A DNA stretch of 10,939 nucleotides, taken from positions 1 through 10,939 of the forward strand of contig JAYKGY010000117.1 of NCBI GenBank assembly GCA_035285545.1, written 5' to 3'. Below, in pieces: positions 1-6,980 of this stretch. The translations under genes were made by a program, and so were the position numbers. The notes under the pieces are model-generated. The model saw nothing but the letters and a program-made list of their open reading frames with translations. It was not told the DNA's origin and searched no databases. The DNA is from Snowella sp. GTDB taxonomy: Bacteria > Cyanobacteriota > Cyanobacteriia > Cyanobacteriales > Microcystaceae. Numbering within the stretch: the stretch's first letter is position 1; every line of letters begins with the position of its first letter.

Positions 1-121
1 ATCGTTTCCGAGGCATCCTTATTCGATGGGCCAAATCTTCTCAATCCTACTTGGGCTTTATTCAGATTGCTGCTTGTTTGATCATCGGCCGCAAACTTCT
101 CACATTTTTCGGATAGGTTCT
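1..121 (+). mobile_element. Right end of an IS5-family insertion sequence, truncated by the window start
   Basis: Carries an IS5-type transposase C-terminus. Its TAG stop (114-116) lies within TTTTCGGATAGGTTCT (106-121), followed by TAA (122-124). This fits a terminal inverted repeat overlapping the stop codon plus a short TA-rich target. The exact boundary is inferred because the left IR is outside the window. Confidence 0.72.
3..116 (+). CDS. IS5-family DDE transposase, C-terminal 37 aa (partial)
   Basis: Manual translation from position 3 gives RFRGILIRWAKSSQSYLGFIQIAACLIIGRKLLTFFG*. This matches the IS5-family C-terminal pattern RFRRL.IRW.K....YL.F...A...I. Not in the ORF track. Confidence 0.8.
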   Translation, partial: RFRGILIRWAKSSQSYLGFIQIAACLIIGRKLLTFFG

Positions 122-270
122 TAATCGAGCAAATAACAGTTCCCTTTTCCGCCTTGATCCCTTGATATCGGCTATCTACCGATTTTGTTAAAGGTGCAAA
201 CTGTCTGAAGAGTAGTCAATCAATTAGATTAATTAGGATTTTGGGATTACGGTAAGGGCATTTTTAAGGC

Positions 271-1416
271 TTAGGAAAAATACCAAATATTTTCGATTTT
301 TTTAATAATTGATGCAGGGGTTTCTCGCGATCGCGCTTCTGATGCTGAGCCAGATTCTAGCAAGACTGTTACATGACCTAATTTGCGACCTAATCGCGAC
401 TCAGATTTGTTATACCAATGAACAAACGCATTAGGAATTGCAGCTAATTGGGCACGCTTTTCGGCATAATCCTCCTGGGCATTTTCGTAACCCAAAAGAT
501 TTACCATCACTGCTTGCTGACCGATTAAAACAGGTTGCTGTAAGGTTTTACCTGTCACGGCCTGGAGTTGCATGGCAAATTGGGAAAGATTACAGGCATC
601 TAGGGTATAGTGACCGGAATTGTGGGTACGGGGGGCAATTTCATTAACTAAAACTTGTCCGGCTGGGGTTAAAAACAACTCAAGCCCAAAAATCCCAACG
701 ACTTGCAGTTTTGTCAATAATAAACGGGCATAATTAGCAATTTCCGCTTGCAACTCTGAAGTGATCGGTGCTGGTGCGATCACGGAATGGCAAACCTGAT
801 TGACTTGCTGGGTTTCGACAACGGGATAGAGTACGACTTCTCCGTTAACGCCTCTGGCTGCCATAAGGGCCAATTCTCGCTCAAAGGGAATAAATTCTTC
901 AATCAGCCAATCCTGAGCGTTTAATCGAGGGGTTAATGGGGTGAGTTCTTCTGCATTGTGAATAATATAAGTCCCCTGGCCATCGTAGCCATAACGACGG
1001 GCTTTTAGAACAAAGGGAAAATCAAAGGGGAGCGGTTGTTGGGGGTCAAATGGTTGAAAGCGAGGAACGGGTAGCCCAATGTGTTGTAAATAACTGCGTT
1101 GATCGAATTTATCCAATAAGGGGGCTAAGTTAGCAAGGCTGGGACGAAAACAAACTCCTTGGGCTTCTAGGGTTTTTAATGCGGCTAAATCGACAAATTC
1201 ATTTTCAAACGTAATAACAGAACAGGTTTTCGCTAATTCAGCCGTCGCGATCGCGTCATCAACGGGAGCGAGTACGACATCTTGAGCCAAGGAAACCGCC
1301 GGATCATGGCGAGAAGGGGTTTGGACGACTAACTCGATCTCTAAGCCAGGGGCTTCCAAGGCCATCATCCAAGCCAACTGACCACCCCCAATCACCCCAA
1401 CTCGTTGCTGATTCAT
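271..1416 (-). CDS. purK: N5-carboxyaminoimidazole ribonucleotide synthase (ATP-grasp)
   Basis: 381 aa with VGVIGGGQLAWMM, ITFENE, LKARRYGYDGQG, NEIAPRTHNSGH and GRKLGHVT, all PurK hallmark motifs. Confidence 0.96.
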   Translation of the reverse strand: MNQQRVGVIGGGQLAWMMALEAPGLEIELVVQTPSRHDPAVSLAQDVVLAPVDDAIATAELAKTCSVITFENEFVDLAALKTLEAQGVCFRPSLANLAPLLDKFDQRSYLQHIGLPVPRFQPFDPQQPLPFDFPFVLKARRYGYDGQGTYIIHNAEELTPLTPRLNAQDWLIEEFIPFERELALMAARGVNGEVVLYPVVETQQVNQVCHSVIAPAPITSELQAEIANYARLLLTKLQVVGIFGLELFLTPAGQVLVNEIAPRTHNSGHYTLDACNLSQFAMQLQAVTGKTLQQPVLIGQQAVMVNLLGYENAQEDYAEKRAQLAAIPNAFVHWYNKSESRLGRKLGHVTVLLESGSASEARSRETPASIIKKIENIWYFS

Positions 1417-1446
1417 AGAATTTGGTTATTTTCTCCTTCTGGGCCA

Positions 1447-1953
1447 CTACGAACATCCTAACGATTCGCGGGTACTCACGCCGGTTTTTGAATTGACTCC
1501 ATCGGCAACTTTACACAGTTGGCTCACCTGGAAGCTATCTAACACCGCCAAGCTAAAATCGGCCCCTGAGATGTTGGCATCTTTAAAGGTACTTCTGAGC
1601 ATAATCGCTTCTGCTAGTACCGCATCCCGTAAATCGGCTTTATCAAAACTACTGAGATAGGCAAGGCCATTGGTTAAGTCTGCCCCTTGTAAATTGGCTT
1701 CTAGTAGGGATGAGCCGTTAAAAACCGCACCCCGCAGATCCGCATTGACAAACTTGGATTCACTCAAATCGACATTGGTAAATTGATAGGTCTGTAAGTT
1801 TTGACCTGTAAAATCTTTCCCAGTTAAAGAGCTATTTTCAAAGGTCGAGCTAGTTCCTGTTACGGAAGAAGAACTGGCGGCTTGAGCAGGAATAGGAGAC
1901 AGCAACACAACCAACGCCATCAGACTAATCACTAATCGAAAAACATACTTCAT
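1447..1953 (-). CDS. Exported/thylakoid-lumen pentapeptide-repeat protein, Rfr32/TL17-like
   Basis: Sec-type signal peptide ending in PAQA, tandem A(D/N)Lxx repeats ([25 protein letters not shown]), and a C-terminal LC...[16 protein letters not shown] cap with two Cys. Lies 30 bp upstream of purK on the same strand. Confidence 0.9.
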   Translation of the reverse strand: MKYVFRLVISLMALVVLLSPIPAQAASSSSVTGTSSTFENSSLTGKDFTGQNLQTYQFTNVDLSESKFVNADLRGAVFNGSSLLEANLQGADLTNGLAYLSSFDKADLRDAVLAEAIMLRSTFKDANISGADFSLAVLDSFQVSQLCKVADGVNSKTGVSTRESLGCS

Positions 1954-2159
1954 GGGAAATTTATCTAGAATAAAGCCACTAGGATTTAGATTACCGTTTT
2001 TTATTTTATCGGAAACCTGACCTCCTCTGGATTCTCTTTTGCGAAGCCGCGATCGCGTCTGCCGAAATCATGCGCCAATTCTTGTAGCAGGCCGTCGGAA
2101 CGATTGAAGGTGCTAAAGTCGAAATAATGATCCTGCTTCTCAGTCTTTAACGGGATAGC

Positions 2160-2165
2160 TAGGAT
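2160..2165 (+). promoter_or_regulatory. Candidate -10 element (TAGGAT) for ccsB
   Basis: TAnnnT hexamer about 50 bp upstream of the ATG at 2216, in the divergent intergenic region. No transcription start data. Confidence 0.25.
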
Positions 2166-2215
2166 TGCAAAAAAATTGAAGATTCAGTGAGTTAAGTCTC
2201 TCATTACGCTTTTTT

Positions 2216-3595
2216 ATGACCATTTCCGACTCTTCGCCCTCTCCTCCCCCCATTTCTTTTCAACCCATTTGGCGTTCTCTCCTCAAGGCGATCGCGGATT
2301 TACGCTTAGCAATTATTTTATTACTGATCATTGCCCTTTTTAGTATTAGTGGAACCGTTATTGAACAGGGTGAAACCCTATCCTTTTATCAACAAAATTA
2401 TCCGAGCAATCCTGCTTTATTCGGTTTTTTAACCTGGCAAGTTGTTTTATTTTTAGGCTTAAACCATGTCTATAGTACCTGGTGGTTTTTATCCCTATTA
2501 GTATTATTTGGAACCAGTTTAACGGCTTGTACCTTTACGCGGCAACTTCCGGCTCTCAAAGCCGCTCAACAATGGAAGTACTATCAAAAATCGAGACAAT
2601 TTCAAAAATTAGCCTTCAGCACTAATTTAGACCATCTTTCGTTAGAGCAATTACCTCCCCTGTTGCAGCAAAAAGGTTATCACGTTTTTCAAGAAAACCA
2701 AACCTTATATGCCCGCAAAGGAATTATTGGAAGAATTGGGCCAATCGTCGTTCATGCTGCCATGCTAATTATTTTAGGGGGAGCGATTTGGGGAGCATTA
2801 ACTGGATTTTTAGCCCAAGAAATGGTAGCAAGTGGCGATAGTTTTCAAGTTAAAAATATTATTGAAGCAGGGCCTTTCGCGAAATCCAATATTCCTAAAG
2901 ATTGGGGAATTAAAGTTAACCGTTTTTGGATTGACTATACACCTAATGGGATGATTGATCAATTTTATTCCGACTTATCGGTTGTGAATAATGAAGGAAA
3001 AGAACTAGACCGTAAAACAATTTTTGTTAATGAACCCTTGCATCATCAAGGTGTCACTTTTTATCAAACCAGTTGGGGCATCTCAGGCGTAAAAGTCCAG
3101 ATCAATAATAGCCCTATTTTGCAATTCCCCATGGCCCCTTTAAAAACAGAAAATGGCAGCAAACTGTGGGGCACTTGGATTCCAACTAAAACAGATTTAA
3201 GTGAAGGGATTGTCTTACTGACTAAAGATTTACAAGGCACCATGATTCTTTATGATCAAAAGGGAAACTTAACCAATGCGGTTCGTCAGGGAATGAGTCT
3301 TGAAATTAATGGCGTAACGCTAAAAATTTATGAGTTAGTTGGAAGTACGGGATTACAAATTAAAGCCGATCCGGGTATTCCATTTGTATATTTAGGATTT
3401 GGGCTATTAATGTTGGGAGTTTTGATGAGCTATGTTTCCCATTCTCAAATTTGGGCCCTACAAGAAGAGGTTTTAGATAGCACGGGAAACCTGAGAAAAC
3501 AACTCTATTTCGGGGGGAAAACGAATCGAGCACAGGTCACATTTGAACGAGAATTGGTGGCTATTGTAGAAGGATTAAGTCGAACAACCGAATAA
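2216..3595 (+). CDS. ccsB: System II cytochrome c biogenesis protein CcsB/Ccs1 (ResB family)
   Basis: 459 aa with [53 protein letters not shown] (conserved His), IFVNEPL and [22 protein letters not shown]. Confidence 0.95.
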   Translation: MTISDSSPSPPPISFQPIWRSLLKAIADLRLAIILLLIIALFSISGTVIEQGETLSFYQQNYPSNPALFGFLTWQVVLFLGLNHVYSTWWFLSLLVLFGTSLTACTFTRQLPALKAAQQWKYYQKSRQFQKLAFSTNLDHLSLEQLPPLLQQKGYHVFQENQTLYARKGIIGRIGPIVVHAAMLIILGGAIWGALTGFLAQEMVASGDSFQVKNIIEAGPFAKSNIPKDWGIKVNRFWIDYTPNGMIDQFYSDLSVVNNEGKELDRKTIFVNEPLHHQGVTFYQTSWGISGVKVQINNSPILQFPMAPLKTENGSKLWGTWIPTKTDLSEGIVLLTKDLQGTMILYDQKGNLTNAVRQGMSLEINGVTLKIYELVGSTGLQIKADPGIPFVYLGFGLLMLGVLMSYVSHSQIWALQEEVLDSTGNLRKQLYFGGKTNRAQVTFERELVAIVEGLSRTTE

Positions 3596-3635
3596 AAATC
3601 AAAAAAATCAACCCTGTTAAATCTGTACAGAGGGG

Positions 3636-3672
3636 ACGGGGCATAATGCCATGATGGTTTGATCCCCGTTTT
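3636..3672 (+). terminator. Possible intrinsic terminator or stem-loop downstream of ccsB
   Basis: ACGGGG (3636-3641) pairs with CCCCGT (3664-3669) and is followed by TTT. The loop is unusually long (22 nt) and itself self-complementary. Confidence 0.35.
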
Positions 3673-3845
3673 ATTCAGGATGGAAGCTTGATTGAATCCT
3701 GCTGGGATCTCAATGTTAAAGACTGATGAAAAAGTTTAACCCTGGCGGCAAATGCGACTCGAAAAGTTCGGTTTTAACGCTAGGAAAAGTCGAGATTTCA
3801 GACTACTATTTGAGGCAGGGGAATCTACTTCACGGTTGGAACACT

Positions 3846-5321
3846 ATGGTTGTGTTGAATGGCGCAAATTTAAAGCTGAGTGACTTATTTAGCGAGAGTG
3901 AGAGCGAGTTAACAACGCTTTTGTCTTCATCTTTGCCAACTTTTGACCAAAATTTAGATGCCGTCGTTGAAACTGCCTATCGTAAGGCCCAACGGGACTG
4001 GTTTAGCGCGATCGCCGCTGTTGAAAAATTATTACTGTCCCACCTCCAAGCCCCCTCCTTAGAAACCACCGATCCCCAAGGGTTACTCCTATCCGGGCCA
4101 GTGCCGATTTTAAGCCATCCGAATTTAGTTTCAGGTCTATATAGTGGCATTTTAACGCCGAAAGCCTGGAAACACTTTATTCCTCTCCCATTTCAATTAA
4201 TTGGGGATGCAAAAGAGCAATTTAACAATAGGGCCGATAAAACCGTAGAGTTACCCTTATTTCCCCAAGATCCTTTAGCCCAAGAACAATTTTGTCTTTT
4301 ATTAACCGAAAAATTTGGCTTGCTGATGTTAGTCGGAGAAGATGAGAACGGTTTACCGAGTTTTCAGTTTTCCTTTGAACCCGATGTAGTGCGGGAAGGC
4401 TGGATGACCTTGCGATCGCGCTTAGCCTTGACCTATGTTCCTCAACTACCCGAATTAGATCGCTTAGTAGCTCAATTTGCGCCGCCTGAACCTGATTATC
4501 GCGTGGTCATGGAATTCAGCCGTCAATTATTGAAGCATTTACCCGAATCCCCCATCTCTGACAGTAAACCCCGTACCGTCTTTCCCGCTCCGTCCACCAA
4601 TTCTTCCCAGGGGGAACCCCAACTTCATCAGCATTCCGTTGATATTGAGCTACTACAGGCCTTAACCCACGAAATTCGCACTCCATTAACCAGTATTCGG
4701 ACAATGACCCGTTTATTACTACGCCGCAAGGAATTAGCTCCCCAGGTCATTCAACGGCTTCAAGCGATCGATCAAGAATGTACCGAACAAATTAACCGCA
4801 TGGAATTAATTTTCCGCGCAACGGAACTAGAAGCAACTCCCGTTCAGGAAAAATCCGTCCAATTAGTGCCGACTTCCCTCGATCAAGTCTTTGAAAATAG
4901 TATTCCCCGTTGGCAAGCTCAAGCTGAACGGCATAAGGTTGAATTAGCTGTTGATCTACCGAAAAAATTACCCCAAATCGTCAGTAATCCCTCTATGTTG
5001 GATCAGGTGTTAACGGGTTTAATCGAAAAGTTTATTCGCAGTCTCGCCAGTGGTGGCGCAATTCGCCTCAAAGTCAGTACGGCTGGACATCAATTAAAGG
5101 TGCAATTCCATACCCAATCTACCTACCAAATTAATCCGCTTAAGGCCTTGGGCGATTTACTGATGTTTCAGCCCGAAACGGGTTGTGTCAGTCTTAATTT
5201 GGACGTAACCAAAAATTTATTCCAGGCCCTCGGTGGTAAGTTAACGGTTCGTCAGCGATCGCAGCAAGAAGAGGTCTTAACGATCTTCCTACCCTTGGGA
5301 AACGCATCCCATAAAGTTTAA
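3846..5321 (+). CDS. hik34: Atypical cytoplasmic sensor histidine kinase, Hik34-like
   Basis: H-box ELLQALTHEIRTPLTSI, an N-terminal region with LPLFPQDPLAQEQFCLLLT and FQFSFEP, no transmembrane segment, and a degenerate HATPase domain ending LMFQPETGCVSLNLDVTKNLFQALGGKL. Family recognised from memory. The ORF track starts at 3726, but in-frame ATG 3846 (or GTG 3852) is the more plausible start. Confidence 0.78.
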   Translation: MVVLNGANLKLSDLFSESESELTTLLSSSLPTFDQNLDAVVETAYRKAQRDWFSAIAAVEKLLLSHLQAPSLETTDPQGLLLSGPVPILSHPNLVSGLYSGILTPKAWKHFIPLPFQLIGDAKEQFNNRADKTVELPLFPQDPLAQEQFCLLLTEKFGLLMLVGEDENGLPSFQFSFEPDVVREGWMTLRSRLALTYVPQLPELDRLVAQFAPPEPDYRVVMEFSRQLLKHLPESPISDSKPRTVFPAPSTNSSQGEPQLHQHSVDIELLQALTHEIRTPLTSIRTMTRLLLRRKELAPQVIQRLQAIDQECTEQINRMELIFRATELEATPVQEKSVQLVPTSLDQVFENSIPRWQAQAERHKVELAVDLPKKLPQIVSNPSMLDQVLTGLIEKFIRSLASGGAIRLKVSTAGHQLKVQFHTQSTYQINPLKALGDLLMFQPETGCVSLNLDVTKNLFQALGGKLTVRQRSQQEEVLTIFLPLGNASHKV

Positions 5322-5368
5322 TAACTGACTGAATCGTTAATCATTTAAGCCCGATTTTAAAGCATTGA

Positions 5369-5962
5369 CTATACTTTACTAACCTGATTGCCGATTTTAA
5401 CCCGTAAATTTTGACAACGTATCAATTCTGTAAAATTTAAACTGGTTCGGTTTTCGATTTTAGCCGCTTTTTCTATCGCGGATAATAAATAATTGGCCGC
5501 TTCGGTTGCCTCATAGCCCCGTCTGGTTGCCACCTTCATGGCAGTTTCATCGGCTTCAATTTCCCGTTCTTCACTGCGATAATTCCGCCAAATTTGATTG
5601 GCCGCGATCGCCGTTAATCCTGCCGCCGCCACCAGACCGACCACATCCTTTTGCCACAGTTGCAACGCCACGCCCCCTAAACCCATTACCGTTAAACCTT
5701 GATAAATATCGGGTTTAAACCAACGAATTCCTGTTAAACGGCTGACGGTGCTGAGTAACAACAAATCCCGTTGCGGTTGGCTTAACTGTTCCCACAGCGT
5801 AAAATTAATGGCAATGGGGCGATCGCCGCGTTCCCAGGGACGGGGGAACTTACAATCAATCACCCTCGATTGTTGAGGCTTGCTGATAATTTTGGTCAAC
5901 ATCCGACCCGAAGCGGGCATCAATTCCACTAAACGCCGAATTTCTGAATCTATATCCATCAT
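5369..5962 (-). CDS. DUF3318-family cyanobacterial membrane-associated protein
   Basis: 197 aa with EIRRLVELMPASGRM, QRDLLLL, a central hydrophobic hairpin, EIEADE.A, RRGY and LNFTELIRCQNLR. Confidence 0.82.
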   Translation of the reverse strand: MMDIDSEIRRLVELMPASGRMLTKIISKPQQSRVIDCKFPRPWERGDRPIAINFTLWEQLSQPQRDLLLLSTVSRLTGIRWFKPDIYQGLTVMGLGGVALQLWQKDVVGLVAAAGLTAIAANQIWRNYRSEEREIEADETAMKVATRRGYEATEAANYLLSAIEKAAKIENRTSLNFTELIRCQNLRVKIGNQVSKV

Positions 5963-6020
5963 TTTTACTTTGGGAAGTCACTATGATCTTAAAGTAAGGG
6001 TATCAAATTGAGAAGACGGC

Positions 6021-6980
6021 ATGAATCGGTTTCAGCAGCTTATCGGTCAACCCCAAGCCATTGAACTTTTGCAACAAGCGATCGCGCAACATCGGATTGC
6101 TCCCGCCTATCTATTTGTCGGGCCATCGGGAATCGGAAAATCTCTCGCGGCCAAAGCCTTTGCTGAAGAATTATTAGCCTTAAATTTAACCCCAGAACAA
6201 CAGGAAAAGGTTAAAAAACGCTTTTTTGCAGGCAATCATCCCGATCTCTTTTGGGTAACGCCCACCTATCAACATCAGGGAAAATTATTAACCGCCAAAG
6301 AAGCCGAAGACAGTGGACTCAAACGCAAAGCTCCTCCCTTAATTCGCATTGAACAAATCCGGGAAATTGGGCAATTTTTGAGCCGTCCGCCCCTAGAAGC
6401 TAGCCGTGCAGTGATCGTTTTAGAAGAAGCCCAGTCTATGAATGAAGGGGCTGCCAATGCCCTATTGAAAACCTTGGAAGAACCAGGTAAAGCCAGCTTG
6501 ATTTTATTGGCTCCTAGTGTGGATTCCCTGTTACCCACTCTCGTTTCCCGTTGTCAGCGGATTCCTTTCTATCGCCTTTCCCTAGAAGCAATGGAGCAGG
6601 TTTTGAAACAAACCTATCGCCACGAAGTTTTAGAGCATCCCCAATTACTCGCGATCGCCCAAGGTAGTCCAGGAGAAGCCGTCTCTGCATTCGAGCAACT
6701 CCAAACTATCCCTGAAAATCTTAGACAAAAGTTAGCGAAACCACCTGTTAATGCTCGTCAAGCCCTAGAAATGGCCAAAACCATTGATAAAGAACTTGAT
6801 ACACAAGCCCAACTGTGGTTGGTGGATTATTTGCAATATAGCTACTGGCAAGCGGAAGTTAATTCAGCCCGTCTCAAAATCTTAGAAAAAACACGGCAAT
6901 ATTTACTGGCATACGTTCAGCCCCGTTTAGTGTGGGAATGTACCTTATTGTCCTTATTAGAAGCCCAAGCCGCTAAATAA
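6021..6980 (+). CDS. holB: DNA polymerase III subunit delta-prime (clamp loader)
   Basis: LIGQPQA, AYLFVGPSGIGK, NHPDL, IRIEQIR, AANALLKTLEEP and LLPTLVSRCQ (SRC motif). Confidence 0.94.
   Translation: MNRFQQLIGQPQAIELLQQAIAQHRIAPAYLFVGPSGIGKSLAAKAFAEELLALNLTPEQQEKVKKRFFAGNHPDLFWVTPTYQHQGKLLTAKEAEDSGLKRKAPPLIRIEQIREIGQFLSRPPLEASRAVIVLEEAQSMNEGAANALLKTLEEPGKASLILLAPSVDSLLPTLVSRCQRIPFYRLSLEAMEQVLKQTYRHEVLEHPQLLAIAQGSPGEAVSAFEQLQTIPENLRQKLAKPPVNARQALEMAKTIDKELDTQAQLWLVDYLQYSYWQAEVNSARLKILEKTRQYLLAYVQPRLVWECTLLSLLEAQAAK

Noticed and set aside
1..214. Stop-free minus-strand frame running off the window start
   Set aside because: No ATG after the upstream stop, and half of it is the antisense of the transposase.
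438..647. 69-aa + strand ORF
   Set aside because: Antisense shadow inside purK, TTG start, no recognisable motif.
3615..3629. TGTTAAATCTGTACA as an NtcA site
   Set aside because: It reads GTT-N7-TAC, whereas the consensus is GTA-N8-TAC. Both spacing and one half-site are off.
4516..4704. 62-aa - strand ORF
   Set aside because: Antisense to the kinase H-box region, no coding features.
5506..5718. 70-aa Pro-rich + strand ORF
   Set aside because: The Pro richness mirrors Gly/Ala codons of the DUF3318 gene on the opposite strand.
6275..6538. 87-aa - strand ORF
   Set aside because: Antisense shadow of the conserved holB core.
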